Below are positions 49,011-60,695 of a DNA stretch of 64,000 nucleotides, in pieces; within the stretch, counting starts at the first letter, position 1, and each line of letters begins with the position of its first letter. The stretch is taken from NCBI GenBank assembly GCA_030610855.1, contig JAUWQY010000006.1, forward strand, positions 153-64,152, in the 5' to 3' direction. The notes under the pieces are model-generated. The model had not been told where the DNA came from. It made no database searches and worked only from the letters and a program-made list of their open reading frames with translations. Origin of the DNA: Dehalococcoidia bacterium. GTDB taxonomy: Bacteria; Chloroflexota; Dehalococcoidia; GIF9; AB-539-J10. The position numbers and the translations under genes were made by a program.

Positions 49011-49507
49011 TTCGGTCCATGCTCAATGAGCCACCGGTTGAGGCGACTCTGCTGAATGTGGCAAATCGCTACAGCCAGGGCATCAGCAGCATCGCTGGGC
49101 TGAGGCAGCTCAGTGAGTCCGAGCTGGATTCTCACCATCTCTTGAATCTGTTGTTTATCGCTCTGTCCATAGCCGGTTATCTGCTGCTTTATCCTGGCTG
49201 GCGAGTAATAATAGACAGGCAACCCCTTGTTGGCAGCTGCCAGGATAGCAATGGCTTGTGCTCTGCCAATAGCGAATGCTGACCTTACGTTGCGACCGAT
49301 GAAGGGATCCTCGATAGCTACTTCGCTCGGTCTGTGATTAGCGATTATCTGGCTCAATCTGTCGTATAGAGAGCGCAGTCTTTCCTCCATGGGAACTCGA
49401 GACGAGACATTGATCACCCCACAGTCCACCATATGCATTTCCTCTTCGCCGTCTACTATACCGTAGCCCAGATTCACAGTACCAGGGTCAACGCCAAGAA
49501 TGAGCAT
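49007..49507 (-). CDS. ruvC: Holliday junction resolvase RuvC.
   Basis: Start at the internal Met MLILGVDPGTVNLGYGI; catalytic Asp/Glu pattern present. The ORF extension to 49603 is not supported. Confidence 0.85.
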   Translation of the reverse strand: MLILGVDPGTVNLGYGIVDGEEEMHMVDCGVINVSSRVPMEERLRSLYDRLSQIIANHRPSEVAIEDPFIGRNVRSAFAIGRAQAIAILAAANKGLPVYYYSPARIKQQITGYGQSDKQQIQEMVRIQLGLTELPQPSDAADALAVAICHIQQSRLNRWLIEHGPK

Positions 49508-49508
49508 A

Positions 49509-50261
49509 TCACGTCCGACCGCGCAGCTTTTCTGAAGTAGCATCAGAAAAGTCGATATTGGAGAAAACACGCTGCACGTCCTCCAATTCCTCCAGTTGAT
49601 CAAGAAACCTCAGGGCCTGAACCGCTTTGCCTTCATCCAGCAGCACTGTACTCTTGGGGAGTAGGGACAGCTCTGCCGAAATCACACGCTCTTTCTCTTC
49701 AATGACCTTTCTCACCTCTTCCAAATCTTCCGGCCGCGTGTATATTTCCACATAACCCTGTTCGGTCTTGACATCCTCAGCTCCGGCATCGATAGCTTGC
49801 AGTGCTATTTCTTCAGCATCCCGAGCACCGCTCTCTACCGTGATTACTCCTCTATTCTCGAAGAGCCAGGAGACACAACCAGTCTCGCCAAGATTGCCGC
49901 CGTGGCGGGTCAAGAGCCGACGCACGTCCTGAACAGTGCGATTACGATTATCGGTCAGGGTCTCTATCAAGACCGCTATGCCTCCCGGTCCATAGCCTTC
50001 GAATTTCACCTCCATCAAGACAGCTCCCCCAGACTCACCGCTACCCCGCTTTATGGCTCTCTCGATATTATCCGACGGCATGTTATTATCACGGGCTTTC
50101 TGAACTGCCAAACGTAGCTGGAGATTGCTTTCCAGACTGGATCCACCTTGTCGTACCGCAACTGTGATCTCGCGCGCAAGCTTAGTGAACAGCTGCCCGC
50201 GCCTGGCGTCAGCTACGCCCTTCTGACGCTTGATCTGCGCCCACTTAGAATGCCCTGACAT
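49509..50261 (-). CDS. yebC: YebC/PmpR-family transcriptional regulator.
   Basis: MSGHSKWAQIKRQKGVADARRGQLFTKLAREI is the canonical YebC N-terminus. Confidence 0.9.
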   Translation of the reverse strand: MSGHSKWAQIKRQKGVADARRGQLFTKLAREITVAVRQGGSSLESNLQLRLAVQKARDNNMPSDNIERAIKRGSGESGGAVLMEVKFEGYGPGGIAVLIETLTDNRNRTVQDVRRLLTRHGGNLGETGCVSWLFENRGVITVESGARDAEEIALQAIDAGAEDVKTEQGYVEIYTRPEDLEEVRKVIEEKERVISAELSLLPKSTVLLDEGKAVQALRFLDQLEELEDVQRVFSNIDFSDATSEKLRGRT

Positions 50262-50370
50262 TGTTGCCCTTCACATCAATTTTAACATCGGAGCACCTGA
50301 AGGTAAAGCGGATATATTCTTGACTAGTTGCACTGTCTTTGCACTTGTGGCATAATAAGCCAGACCTTTA

Positions 50371-50392
50371 AACCAGTCCAGTGAGGCTGGTA
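50371..50392 (+). promoter_or_regulatory. PyrR-binding RNA loop (pyr attenuator binding motif) in the pyrR leader.
   Basis: ccAGUCCAGUGAGGCUgg matches the ARUCCNGNGAGGYU consensus and is closed by a ccag/cugg stem. It lies ~60 nt upstream of pyrR. Confidence 0.55.
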
Positions 50393-50423
50393 AGGGGAGA
50401 TATGCTAAAGCAACCCGCAATAG

Positions 50424-51035
<612 letters not shown>

Positions 51036-51048
51036 AGGAGAGGCAGTC

Positions 51049-52452
51049 ATGAAGCTGACAAATAGGGATCTTGTGACCATAGACGATTTATCCAACGACG
51101 AGATGGAAGCTCTCTTCTGCCTGGCAGACGAGATGGCCGACTCCTTAGACGCGCAGTACGGACTATGCCAGGGTAAGATCATGGCCAGCCTGTTTTTTGA
51201 GCCCAGCACCAGAACGAGGCTGTCCTTTGAAGCTGCGATGCTCCGGCTTGGCGGTCATGTCATAAGCACGGTTGACGTCGGTGCCACTTCTCTGGCCAAA
51301 GGCGAAAGCATTGCCGATATGGCCAGAGTGGTCGGGAGCTATGCCGACATAATTGTCATCAGGCACCCCTGGGAGGGAGCAGCCAGGGTCGTCGCCGACT
51401 ACGCCGGCGTTCCCGTGATAAATGCCGGCGATGGGGGCCATGAACATCCGACCCAGACCTTGTGCGATCTGTATACCATCAGAAAGCAGAGGCGGACCCT
51501 TAAGGGGCTCAGAATTGCCCTTTGGGGAGACCTGAAACACGGGCGAACAATACATTCCCTGATCTATGCCCTGGCCAGGTTCGGTGCCTCTGTCCTCTTC
51601 TGTCCTGGCCCCGGGCTTGGGCTGCCGGAGCATGTTCTGAGAAGGCTGAGCACGGAATACAAAGGGGAGTTAAGAAGACGTGCAAATCTCAACCAGGAAC
51701 CTGAGAGGAAGCTCTTCCCTATCGATGCCGTATACATAACTCCGAGCAGCCCGCATCAACTCGCCATGCTGCCTGACATAAGCGTCCGAGTGGAGTTGAA
51801 GGCAGGGGTTGATGCGCTTTATGTCACCAGGCTCCAAAAGGAAAGACAGGCACCCACGGTTGAGCAACAGGAGTTGAGGAAGAGGTACCCGGTGGTAGAT
51901 AAAGAACTCCTCAAGGGAAAGGAGTTTGAGAAAACACTGGTTATGCATCCGCTGCCCCGTGTTGACGAGTTGGCTTGCGAGGTGGATTCCGACCCCAGGA
52001 GCATGTACTTCAAACAGGCGGCTTACGGGATCCCCGTCAGAATGGCGCTCATCGCCATCTTGCTGGGCACCAGGGAAGTCGTGATTTCCAGAGAGTATCA
52101 TTCCTTCGCTCAGAAGATGGAATACCCCGTCTATAAGCGGGATTCCGGATTGAAGTGCTCTAATAGAAGCTGTGTCTCAAACCAGGGAACAGAAGCAAGG
52201 TACATAAAGCCTGAGTTCAAAATAGTGAGCCTCGAGCCGTTAACGTTGCGCTGCATCTATTGTGAGCACGAGCTTCATCCCGAATATGTTGCCAGCTCAG
52301 ATTGGCATCAGGGGAAGCTGGAGAACAAGAAATATCACAACGCTAGTAGCCATTGGGCACGGAGGATTAAGCCGGGGAATTTGATTATCTTCGCTTCGGA
52401 AGATGAAGCTCAGGCTCAGCAGTTTAAGCCCAGCAGCTATGTCACACGATGA
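51049..52452 (+). CDS. pyrB: Aspartate carbamoyltransferase with a fused C-terminal PyrI-like zinc regulatory domain (PyrB-PyrI fusion).
   Basis: Catalytic STRTR, HPTQ and HPLPR motifs sit in the first ~310 aa. The C-terminal 150 aa has a Cys4 zinc domain (CSNRSC...CIYCEHE) like the PyrI regulatory chain. Confidence 0.85.
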   Translation: MKLTNRDLVTIDDLSNDEMEALFCLADEMADSLDAQYGLCQGKIMASLFFEPSTRTRLSFEAAMLRLGGHVISTVDVGATSLAKGESIADMARVVGSYADIIVIRHPWEGAARVVADYAGVPVINAGDGGHEHPTQTLCDLYTIRKQRRTLKGLRIALWGDLKHGRTIHSLIYALARFGASVLFCPGPGLGLPEHVLRRLSTEYKGELRRRANLNQEPERKLFPIDAVYITPSSPHQLAMLPDISVRVELKAGVDALYVTRLQKERQAPTVEQQELRKRYPVVDKELLKGKEFEKTLVMHPLPRVDELACEVDSDPRSMYFKQAAYGIPVRMALIAILLGTREVVISREYHSFAQKMEYPVYKRDSGLKCSNRSCVSNQGTEARYIKPEFKIVSLEPLTLRCIYCEHELHPEYVASSDWHQGKLENKKYHNASSHWARRIKPGNLIIFASEDEAQAQQFKPSSYVTR

Positions 52453-53828
52453 ATAGGGAAGCTATGTTCCTGCTTGTCTGCGGCGGACGCATAATCGATC
52501 CCAGCCAGGGCATAGATCGAGTTGGGGACGTGCTCATTGTTGAGGGCAACATTGTGCAGGCAGGAAGCCCCATCATTCAGAGACCTTCGTTTTCTGTCAT
52601 GCTGAGCAAGGCGCAGCAACTGGACGCCACGGGACTGGTTGTTTGCCCCGGCTTTGTCGACCTCCACTGCCACCTCCGGGAGCCAGGTTTCGAGGATAAG
52701 GAAACAATCGCCACAGGGACAAAAGCAGCCGCCACAGGTGGTTTCACCACTGTCTGTTGCATGGCAAACACCGAGCCTCCTCTCGATACTGCTGCTGCCG
52801 TAGATCGGATGAAGCAAAGAATAGATAAGGACAGCCTGATTGCCGTTCTTCCCGTAGGCTGTGTCACCAAAGGTCGAAAAGGTAAGGAGTTGACCGTAAT
52901 GGCGGGACTGGCTGAAGCTGGCGTGATTGCTTTCAGCGATGATGGCGACCCCGTGGCAAGCTCGCAGATTATGCGTCACGCCATGAGTTACAGTCGTAGC
53001 CTGGGCTTGCCGGTAATCGACCACTGTGAAGACAGAGCATTAAGCGGCGGTGGAATCATAAACGAAGGACGGATATCTACTGAAACAGGTTTGAAAGGGA
53101 TTCCCGCAGCCGCCGAGGAGGTTATGGTAGCCCGCGATCTAATTCTGGCCAAGATGACTGAAGCCAGAGTTCACATCGCCCATGTGAGCACCAAAGGCTC
53201 CGTGGAGCTTATTCGTCGTGCCAAGGAAGAAGGGACTTCGGTAACCGCCGAGGTGACTCCCCACCACCTGACCCTAACCGAAGAGAGTATTATCGACGAG
53301 GCCCGAAACAAATCCTTCGATACCAATGCCAAGGTGAATCCGCCCCTGCGCACCGAAGCTGATATCGAAGCACTGATTAAGGGACTGGGCGACGGGGTGA
53401 TCGATGCTATCGCCACTGACCATGCGCCACATACCGTGGCGGACAAGAACTGCGATTTGAAGTCAGCTGCTTTCGGCATCAGCGGCTTCGAAACCGCTTT
53501 TGGCTGCCTCATGGGCCTGGTGCACCAGGGAGAGATAAGCCTTGTTCTACTGCTCTCTAAACTAACTTGCGAGCCGGCCAAAATCATCGGCAGAGACGGT
53601 GAACTGGGCACCTTGAAAGCAGGAGCTCCCGCTAATGTCACCATACTTGACCCCGATCGGGAATGGGTAGTGAATAGCCGCGATTTCGCCTCCAAAGGCA
53701 AGAACACCCCTTACGATGGCGTTAAGCTCAGGGGTAAGGTAATGGCTACTATAGCAGACGGCAAGATAGTCTATGTAGATGGCTCGTTGCCGTCGTCTGC
53801 CATCTCCCTCGAAAGAAAGAGGATATAG
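52449..53828 (+). CDS. pyrC: Dihydroorotase (multifunctional/type I-like).
   Basis: Metal-binding DLHCHLREPG, plus HVSTKGS and DHAPH motifs. Confidence 0.9.
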   Translation: MNREAMFLLVCGGRIIDPSQGIDRVGDVLIVEGNIVQAGSPIIQRPSFSVMLSKAQQLDATGLVVCPGFVDLHCHLREPGFEDKETIATGTKAAATGGFTTVCCMANTEPPLDTAAAVDRMKQRIDKDSLIAVLPVGCVTKGRKGKELTVMAGLAEAGVIAFSDDGDPVASSQIMRHAMSYSRSLGLPVIDHCEDRALSGGGIINEGRISTETGLKGIPAAAEEVMVARDLILAKMTEARVHIAHVSTKGSVELIRRAKEEGTSVTAEVTPHHLTLTEESIIDEARNKSFDTNAKVNPPLRTEADIEALIKGLGDGVIDAIATDHAPHTVADKNCDLKSAAFGISGFETAFGCLMGLVHQGEISLVLLLSKLTCEPAKIIGRDGELGTLKAGAPANVTILDPDREWVVNSRDFASKGKNTPYDGVKLRGKVMATIADGKIVYVDGSLPSSAISLERKRI

Positions 53829-53847
53829 GTGATGGTGAAAGAACGTC

Positions 53848-55023
53848 ATGGCTAAGAAGGCGATTCTGGTTCTCGAGGACGGGTCAGTTCATGAAGGCCA
53901 CGCCTTTGGAGCCGAGAGTACTGCCTTTGGAGAAGTGGTTTTCGATACCAATATGACCGGCTATCAGGAGATGCTCACTGACCCATCCTTTGCTGGCCAG
54001 ATTCTGGTTCCTACGTATCCTTTGATTGGCAACTATGGCATCAATGAATGTGATTCTGAATCCAGGCAAATCCAGGTGAGAGGCTTAGCCGTTCGGGAAT
54101 ACTGCTCCCGGCCCAGCCACTGGCAGAGCACTCATACTTTGCATGAGTTTCTGCTGGCTCATGGCATTCCTGGCATCAGTGGACTGGATACCCGTGCCCT
54201 GACTCGTCGTCTGAGGTCAGCCGGGGTGATGATGGGAATTATTACATCGGAGATGGCTGCTGAAGGGGCACTAAAAGAATTGAAGAGCTTACCTGGATAT
54301 GATGTTACTGATTTTGTTCGACAGGTTAGCACCGAGAAGGCGTATGAATGGCAATCCGTTGCGCCCGTGCCTGCGAATCCGATTTCGTCTCCCTTGAAGG
54401 GAAGAGATGAAGGCGATGGCGAAACAGAACAACATCACGTCGTGGTGATCGACTATGGCTTGAAATACAGCATTCTGCGCATACTGAGCCGGCTTGGTTG
54501 TCGGATAACTGCGGTTCCGTGCACCGCTTCAGCAGAAGACGTCCTCGCCCTGAAGCCCGCCGGGATTGTCTTATCACCAGGCCCAAGCAACCCTGCTCTC
54601 CTTGACAGTATGACGAACACAGTCAGAGAGCTTATCGGACGAAGACCCATAATGGGGATTTGCCTGGGACATCAGCTCATAGGTAAAGCCTTCGGTGCCG
54701 AGACCTTTAAGCTCAAGTTTGGGCACCGGGGCGGCAACCATCCTGTGCGGGATTTGGCTACGGGCAGAGTCTATATCACTGCTCAAAATCACGGCTATGC
54801 CCTGCACGCCGACACCTTGAAAGGAGGACTCTGGGTCAGCCACATAAACCTGAACGACGGCACGGTGGAGGGCGTGCAGCACCGGGACCTGCCCATCCTG
54901 TCTATCCAATACCACTGCGAAGCTTCCCCTGGCCCACTGGAAAACATGTATTTCTTCGACAGATTCCTGGAGATGGTGAGGGGGAGCAGCAGGAGAAACA
55001 GAGGACATGCCCAAAATATCTAA
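53848..55023 (+). CDS. carA: Carbamoyl-phosphate synthase small (glutaminase) subunit.
   Basis: The N-terminal CPSase_sm domain is followed by a GATase with GICLGHQ and catalytic His. Confidence 0.9.
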   Translation: MAKKAILVLEDGSVHEGHAFGAESTAFGEVVFDTNMTGYQEMLTDPSFAGQILVPTYPLIGNYGINECDSESRQIQVRGLAVREYCSRPSHWQSTHTLHEFLLAHGIPGISGLDTRALTRRLRSAGVMMGIITSEMAAEGALKELKSLPGYDVTDFVRQVSTEKAYEWQSVAPVPANPISSPLKGRDEGDGETEQHHVVVIDYGLKYSILRILSRLGCRITAVPCTASAEDVLALKPAGIVLSPGPSNPALLDSMTNTVRELIGRRPIMGICLGHQLIGKAFGAETFKLKFGHRGGNHPVRDLATGRVYITAQNHGYALHADTLKGGLWVSHINLNDGTVEGVQHRDLPILSIQYHCEASPGPLENMYFFDRFLEMVRGSSRRNRGHAQNI

Positions 55024-58000
55024 AGTCCTGGTCATTGGCTCAGGGCCGATAATCATCGGGCAGGCAGCCGAGTTCGATTATTCGGGGACCCAGGCTTGCC
55101 GGGCGCTGAGAGAAGAGGGCGTAACAACGGTTCTGGTGAACTCCAACCCGGCTACCATCATGACCGATGAGGGCATCGCCGACATCGTCTATATCGAGCC
55201 GCTCACTGTGGAAGTCCTGGCTCGCATAATCGAGAGGGAGCGCCCCGACGGGCTATTGCCTACCCTTGGGGGGCAAACAGGGCTCAATCTGGCCGTGGAG
55301 TTAGCTACTGCCGGCATACTTGACAAGTATAACGTGCAGTCTCTCGGTACACCCATAGAAACGATAAAGCAGGCTGAAGAGAGGTCGTTATTCAGGCAAC
55401 TTCTCGTTGACATGGGCGAGCCTGTGCCTGCGGGCGCCACGGTAAGATCGGTGAAGGATGCGAAAGAACTGGCAAGGTCCATTGGTCTGCCTTTGATCAT
55501 CCGCCCTTCTTACACCCTGGGCGGCACCGGCGGTGGCATCGCCCGCACCATGAAGGAACTTGAGCAAATTGCCGCCAACGGCCTGAGTTCCAGTATGAGC
55601 CATGAGGTGCTGGTGGAGCAATGCGTCCTGGGCTGGAAGGAAATCGAATACGAGGTCATGCGGGATGCTGCCGACAACTGCATCACGATCTGTTGCATGG
55701 AGAACATCGATCCCATGGGCGTGCACACCGGGGATAGCATCGTCGTAGCTCCCAGCCAGACTCTCAACGATAAAGAGTACCAGATGCTCAGGTCGGCCAG
55801 CTTGAGAATCATAAGAGCGCTGAAAATCGAGGGCGGCTGTAACATACAGTTTGCTTTGACCCCCAGCCCGACAGTGGCAGAGAAATGGGCTCCGGAACGT
55901 AAGGGAGCCACAAGAAGTGAATACTACGTAATCGAGGTCAACCCGCGTGTCAGTCGTAGTTCAGCCTTAGCCAGCAAAGCCACCGGCTATCCCATTGCTC
56001 GAGTGGCAGCCAAAATAGCCATAGGTAGAAGGCTTGATGAGATACCGAATAGGGTTACTGGCAAGACGTTGGCGTCCTTCGAGCCGGTCCTGGATTACTG
56101 CGTAGTCAAGGTACCAAGGTGGCCCTTTGACAAATTCGCTTTGGGCGACAGAGGAATTGGCAGTCAGATGAAAGCCACCGGTGAAGTGATGGCCATCGAC
56201 AGATGTTTTGAGGCCGCTTTACAGAAGGCAGTCCGCTCCCTGGAATTCGGCAGACGCACCCTTCTTTGGGAAGACCCCACCTGGAGCAAAGGGGAGTCAC
56301 TTGCTTCCTACCCTCTTCACCCCAACGACTTAAGAGTGTGGGCCATTACGGCGGCGCTGCGAAGGGGAACCGTGCCTGAGGAGCTTTCTCGACTCACCGG
56401 CATAGACCCCTGGTTCATCCATAAACTAAAGAATATTGTGGAAATGGAGAAGAGGCTTCTTTCCGAACCATTGGAACCGGAGCTTTTGCGGGAGGCGAAG
56501 AGGCTAGGCTTTTCCGACGAGCAGGTGGGCACTCTTGCCGATAGGTTGCCGGAGCAGGTAAGGCGGACTCGCCGCGAATGGCATATTCGCCCCGTGTACA
56601 AGATGGTGGATACATGTGCTGCCGAATTCGATGCTGAGACTACCTGTTTCTACAGCACCTATGAGAAGGAGAACGAAGCTGCACCTCTGGAAGGGCAGAA
56701 AGCAGTAGTCATCGGCAGCGGCCCGATACGCATCGGGCAGGGGATTGAATTTGACTATTGCTGCGTCCATTCAACCTGGGCACTTCGGGAAGCAGGAATA
56801 AAGAGCATTTTGATCAACTCCAATCCCGAAACGGTTTCCACCGATTTTGACACCAGTGATCGGCTCTACTTCGAACCCTTAGATGAGGAAGGTCTCCAAG
56901 GCGTACTTGAGAATGAGAGCAGCAACGGCTCTGCTCCGGCATCTATCGTCCAACTCGGTGGACAGACACCCATTAACCTTGTGAATTTCTTAGCTCGCAA
57001 CAATCTCCCGATACTTGGCTCAGTTGCCGAAGCCATAGATATAGCGGAAGACCGTCGTCGCTTTGAGGACTTCCTCGATAGGTTGGGGGTTCCGCAGCCC
57101 CCTGGAGCCGGAGTGTCGTCCGTAGAAGAGGCTCTGAATATAGTTAAGGTTCTGGGCTTTCCTGTGTTAGTGCGACCCAGCTATGTCCTGGGCGGCAGAG
57201 CTATGGAGATTGTCCACAATGAAAGCGAGTTGATTCGTTACCTGACACTGGCTCTGGAGATAGATAGTCAACATTCTGTGCTTATTGACAAATATCTGCA
57301 GGGGAAAGAGGTCGAGGTAGATGCTATTTGCGACGGGGAAAGGGTTCTCATTCCCGGTGTGATGGAGCAGATTGAAAGAGCCGGCGTACATAGCGGTGAT
57401 TCCATGGCAGTTTATCCTGGAGTGACCCTGACCAACGGTGAAGTCGATACCATGGTGGAGTATGCTACCAGGATCGCATTAGCACTTCAGATCAGGGGCT
57501 TGCTAAACATACAGATGGTGATCGTGCCGGAAAACGGCAAGTCGTCCACATACGTGCTTGAGGTCAATCCTCGTGCCAGCCGAACCGTGCCTTTCATATC
57601 CAAGGTTACCGGTGTGCCCATGGTCAGAATTGCAACTAAGGTCATGACCGGCATTAGCCTCGAGGAGCAAGGCTACCAGGGTGGACTGTGGAGGAGACAG
57701 AAGCTGGTAGGCATAAAAGCTCCTGTCTTCTCTATGTCCAAGCTGACCGGAGTGGATAGCTACCTTGGCCCTGAGATGAAGTCTACGGGCGAGGTCATGG
57801 GAATTGACTACAGCTTTGAAGCAGCCCTCGTTAAGGCGCTTCTGGCCGCTGGATTGATGCTGCCTCAAGGGGGTAGTCTGTTACTCAGCATCGCAGACAG
57901 GGACAAGGCTGAATCCCTGCCGCTGATTAAGCAATTGCATTCCCTTCACTACAGACTCTGTGCCACGGAGGGAACTGCTGCCATGATTGAGGCTATGGCG

Positions 58001-58276
58001 CTCCCGGTAAAAATGGTGACGAAAAAGCTAGGCCAGGGACATCCTAACGTTGTTGACGTCATTCAAGATAACTCCGTGAACGGAGTGATCAACACCATCA
58101 CCGGCGGGCGTGTCCCATTGCAGGATGGGCTGGCTATCAGGCGCGCCGCGGCAGAGAAAGGCATACCCTGCTTCACTTCGCTTGATACCGTTAGGGTAGC
58201 TATAGGAGCATTGGCAGACAGCAGCCAGGTCTTCAACGTTCTGCCGCTCAGAGAGTATCTGAAGGGCAGGAAGTGA
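55007..58276 (+). CDS. carB: Carbamoyl-phosphate synthase large subunit.
   Basis: 1089 aa with duplicated ATP-grasp halves ([25 protein letters not shown] and [24 protein letters not shown]), an oligomerisation domain and a C-terminal MGS-like domain. Confidence 0.95.
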   Translation: MPKISKVLVIGSGPIIIGQAAEFDYSGTQACRALREEGVTTVLVNSNPATIMTDEGIADIVYIEPLTVEVLARIIERERPDGLLPTLGGQTGLNLAVELATAGILDKYNVQSLGTPIETIKQAEERSLFRQLLVDMGEPVPAGATVRSVKDAKELARSIGLPLIIRPSYTLGGTGGGIARTMKELEQIAANGLSSSMSHEVLVEQCVLGWKEIEYEVMRDAADNCITICCMENIDPMGVHTGDSIVVAPSQTLNDKEYQMLRSASLRIIRALKIEGGCNIQFALTPSPTVAEKWAPERKGATRSEYYVIEVNPRVSRSSALASKATGYPIARVAAKIAIGRRLDEIPNRVTGKTLASFEPVLDYCVVKVPRWPFDKFALGDRGIGSQMKATGEVMAIDRCFEAALQKAVRSLEFGRRTLLWEDPTWSKGESLASYPLHPNDLRVWAITAALRRGTVPEELSRLTGIDPWFIHKLKNIVEMEKRLLSEPLEPELLREAKRLGFSDEQVGTLADRLPEQVRRTRREWHIRPVYKMVDTCAAEFDAETTCFYSTYEKENEAAPLEGQKAVVIGSGPIRIGQGIEFDYCCVHSTWALREAGIKSILINSNPETVSTDFDTSDRLYFEPLDEEGLQGVLENESSNGSAPASIVQLGGQTPINLVNFLARNNLPILGSVAEAIDIAEDRRRFEDFLDRLGVPQPPGAGVSSVEEALNIVKVLGFPVLVRPSYVLGGRAMEIVHNESELIRYLTLALEIDSQHSVLIDKYLQGKEVEVDAICDGERVLIPGVMEQIERAGVHSGDSMAVYPGVTLTNGEVDTMVEYATRIALALQIRGLLNIQMVIVPENGKSSTYVLEVNPRASRTVPFISKVTGVPMVRIATKVMTGISLEEQGYQGGLWRRQKLVGIKAPVFSMSKLTGVDSYLGPEMKSTGEVMGIDYSFEAALVKALLAAGLMLPQGGSLLLSIADRDKAESLPLIKQLHSLHYRLCATEGTAAMIEAMALPVKMVTKKLGQGHPNVVDVIQDNSVNGVINTITGGRVPLQDGLAIRRAAAEKGIPCFTSLDTVRVAIGALADSSQVFNVLPLREYLKGRK

Positions 58277-58301
58277 CAGCCGGAATGCGGTATGATAGAG
58301 C

Positions 58302-59267
58302 TTGAACATGGAACAAGCCCTGTGCACCATAACTTCTAATGTGGAGGTCATGCCCGACGCATACCTCATGCGGATTGAGGCGCCGAATATGGCTCGTTCA
58401 GTTCAGCCGGGGCAATTTGTCACACTGCGTTGTGGAGACTTCACGCTCCGTCGTCCCTTCAGCGTGCATCAGTCACGATTCGATCGGGATTCAGGTGAAG
58501 GCGAGATTGCCATTCTGTTTAAGTTAACAGGCAAGGGCACGCTCTGGCTATCACAGCGGCAAACAGGCGAGACGATAGACATTCTTGGCCCCTTAGGTAA
58601 AGGATTTAGCATTCCCCCGATAAGATCGGGGGAATCACAGCGCTTCCTGCTGGTGGCCGGGGGAATTGGCATTGCCCCGCTCGTTTTCTTGATGCAGCAT
58701 ATCCTCAGGCGATGCTCAGGACATGCTTCGTCACACCGCCAGATAACCTTGATTCATGGCGCGAGCACTGCCGCTCAACTCTATCCGTTCGGCCACGCTG
58801 AGGACAGGTCTTCTTTGTCAACCGCTTCTCCACTGTCATTGACCACTTCTCCCTCGTCATTGACCGCTTCTCCCTCGTCATTGCGAGCGAAGCGAAGCAA
58901 ACTCCATTCCTTGCCGAAAGGAATTCAGTTTGTTCCCGTCACGGAAGATGGTAGCACCGATAAGAAGGGCCTGGTCACGGATCTTCTACCTGACTTCCTA
59001 AACCGGGCTGATCACGTGTATGCCTGTGGCCCGGTAGATATGTACAAGGCGATGGCAGAGACGTCATTGCCGGTCCTGAACACAGCCGCAGGGCGAAGCA
59101 ATTCCGGGTTGAGCAAATGCCAGGTTTCGCTTGAGGTGAGGATGGGATGCGGTTTTGGCGCTTGCTATGGCTGCACCGTGAATACGAGGAAGGGCCTAAA
59201 AAGGGTATGCCGCGATGGCCCGGTATTTGAGTTAGGGGATATCATATGGCAGGAGGTAAGGATATGA
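58302..59267 (+). CDS. pyrK: Dihydroorotate dehydrogenase electron-transfer subunit PyrK-like (FAD/NAD-binding plus 2Fe-2S). It carries an in-frame repeat-derived insertion.
   Basis: RRPFSV FAD motif, GGIGIAPL NAD motif, and C-terminal CGFGACYGC cluster. It is ~35 aa longer than typical because of the insertion LSTASPLSLTTSPSSLTASPSSLRAKRSKLHS. No pyrD is adjacent. Confidence 0.75.
   Translation: MNMEQALCTITSNVEVMPDAYLMRIEAPNMARSVQPGQFVTLRCGDFTLRRPFSVHQSRFDRDSGEGEIAILFKLTGKGTLWLSQRQTGETIDILGPLGKGFSIPPIRSGESQRFLLVAGGIGIAPLVFLMQHILRRCSGHASSHRQITLIHGASTAAQLYPFGHAEDRSSLSTASPLSLTTSPSSLTASPSSLRAKRSKLHSLPKGIQFVPVTEDGSTDKKGLVTDLLPDFLNRADHVYACGPVDMYKAMAETSLPVLNTAAGRSNSGLSKCQVSLEVRMGCGFGACYGCTVNTRKGLKRVCRDGPVFELGDIIWQEVRI
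58819..58904 (+). repeat. Tandem ~21-bp repeat (3 units), ending in a subtype-B dispersed repeat fragment, inserted in frame within pyrK.
   Basis: The three units are caaccgcttctccactgtcattgac, cacttctccctcgtcattgac and cgcttctccctcgtcattgcgagcgaagcgaagcaaactc. Confidence 0.7.
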
Positions 59268-59278
59268 CCACGCACCAC

Positions 59279-59317
59279 GTCATTGCGAGTCCCGATCTGT
59301 CGGGACGAAGCAATCTC
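59279..59317 (+). repeat. Nested-hairpin dispersed repeat, subtype B (gtcattgcgag-tcccgatctgtcggga-cgaagcaatctc).
   Basis: A full copy lies between pyrK and the yjbQ-like gene. Outer stem attgc/gcaat; inner hairpin cccgaNNNNtcggg. Confidence 0.7.
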
Positions 59318-59336
59318 TTTGGAGGGAGGTAAGACT

Positions 59337-59756
59337 TTGACTGTAGTAACCAGGGATATCACGCTTCAATCAAAAGGCGATTGCGACATCATCGACATAA
59401 CCTCTCAGGTAGCAAAGAGTGTGGAGGAATCCGGGGTTAACAGCGGAATAGTCACTCTGTTTGTAGTCGGTTCAACAGCGGGAATAACCACCATAGAGTA
59501 TGAGCCCAATCTTCTTTCCGATTTCAGGAATATGTGGGATAGGGTGATGCCCAAGAGCATTGCTTATGAGCATGACAAAACCTGGGGGAATGGGAATGGC
59601 CATTCCCATGTGCGTGCTTCCACGCTTGGAGCTTCTCTGGTAATACCCTTTGTCAATAAGAGGTTGACTCTGGGCACCTGGCAGCAGATAGTGTTCATAG
59701 ATTTCGACAATCGTTCCAGGTCAAGGAAGATTGCCATTCAGATAATGGGAGAGTAA
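59337..59756 (+). CDS. YjbQ/UPF0047 family protein (secondary thiamine-phosphate synthase-like).
   Basis: The start is a TTG after the SD ggagggagg. TLFVVGSTAGITTIEYEPNLLSDF...NGNGHSHVRASTLGASLVIPF is typical of YjbQ. The first-ATG ORF (59283) would begin inside the repeat. Confidence 0.7.
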   Translation: MTVVTRDITLQSKGDCDIIDITSQVAKSVEESGVNSGIVTLFVVGSTAGITTIEYEPNLLSDFRNMWDRVMPKSIAYEHDKTWGNGNGHSHVRASTLGASLVIPFVNKRLTLGTWQQIVFIDFDNRSRSRKIAIQIMGE

Positions 59757-59852
59757 GCGAGACTATCGGATATTCTAGCGAGAAACGAGGCCGGAATCCC
59801 CACCAAGGAGCAGGGAAAGCAGTTAGGCATGGGCAGTGGCTAAAATACACAG

Positions 59853-60695
59853 ATGGATAAACAAATTGAGGAAAAAATCTGTGTCGAGCGTTTCTTGAAT
59901 TGGTATAACAAACGGCAGAACAGAGACTATACTTATGAGAAAGCAACGGTTCACTTCCCTTGCCTGAAGAACAAGTTGAACTGGGACTTTGTGGTTTACG
60001 AGCGTGATAATCCACAAGAGTGGATTGGAATTGAGGTGAAAGAACTACACAGTTTAAGAAAGACCTCTATAAGCCTTGAATTGTGGCGGCGTTTGTGCTC
60101 AGATTTGACGAAGGATTTGCCAGGCAAGGGAATTCAGGGAGAATTCGAGATTAGCTTTCCACCAGTCTTGCGTTTACGACAAAAAGAGAGCCAAACACTA
60201 CTGGATGCCTTTGGCCAAGTCTTGATTGATAAACAATCAGGCTGGAGGGTAGGCGAAACAAAAGATATTGGCCCTGATGTCAGGAGTAAATTTCCCAACT
60301 GGCCTAAAGGCAAAAGTGATGTGGACGAATATGAGAAATGGCGAACGTATCGTCCATGTAAGTTAGAGATTAAAAAGGTTTCAGATTTAGGATGTAAGGT
60401 AAGTGTGGTCACTAGCCCGTTGATCATTGGTGACGTGGTACAAGAGGACAAAAAAGCTTTCAATGAAGTGTTTAAGCTGAAGAATAGTGTTATACAGGCA
60501 GACAGGCAGCTTGAACTGGCCAAAGAAAAGGAAGCAAGGAAGACCATCCTTTTACTAGCTGGTATCGGTGTCGATGAAGGTCTCACAGAGAATTCTGTAC
60601 AGAATTTAGACCATGACCTTATTTCTCATATCGATTGCATTTACCTTGTTGATATGGGTAATGGGGATAGCGTAGTCAAACTGTATGCTAGTTAG
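59853..60695 (+). CDS. Hypothetical protein with an N-terminal PD-(D/E)xK nuclease-fold motif, located in a low-GC island.
   Basis: NWDFVVYERDNPQEWIGIEVKEL supplies Asp and E-x-K on adjacent strands. Local GC is ~42% across 59760-61060. Lys-rich and AT-rich codon usage is atypical for this window. Confidence 0.5.
   Translation: MDKQIEEKICVERFLNWYNKRQNRDYTYEKATVHFPCLKNKLNWDFVVYERDNPQEWIGIEVKELHSLRKTSISLELWRRLCSDLTKDLPGKGIQGEFEISFPPVLRLRQKESQTLLDAFGQVLIDKQSGWRVGETKDIGPDVRSKFPNWPKGKSDVDEYEKWRTYRPCKLEIKKVSDLGCKVSVVTSPLIIGDVVQEDKKAFNEVFKLKNSVIQADRQLELAKEKEARKTILLLAGIGVDEGLTENSVQNLDHDLISHIDCIYLVDMGNGDSVVKLYAS

Noticed and set aside
49508-49603. 32-codon N-terminal extension of ruvC.
   Set aside because: The RuvC core starts at MLILGVDPGT. 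The extension would overlap the yebC stop region and lacks conservation.
53171-53849. 178-aa and 95-aa minus-strand ORFs inside pyrC.
   Set aside because: They are antisense shadow ORFs.
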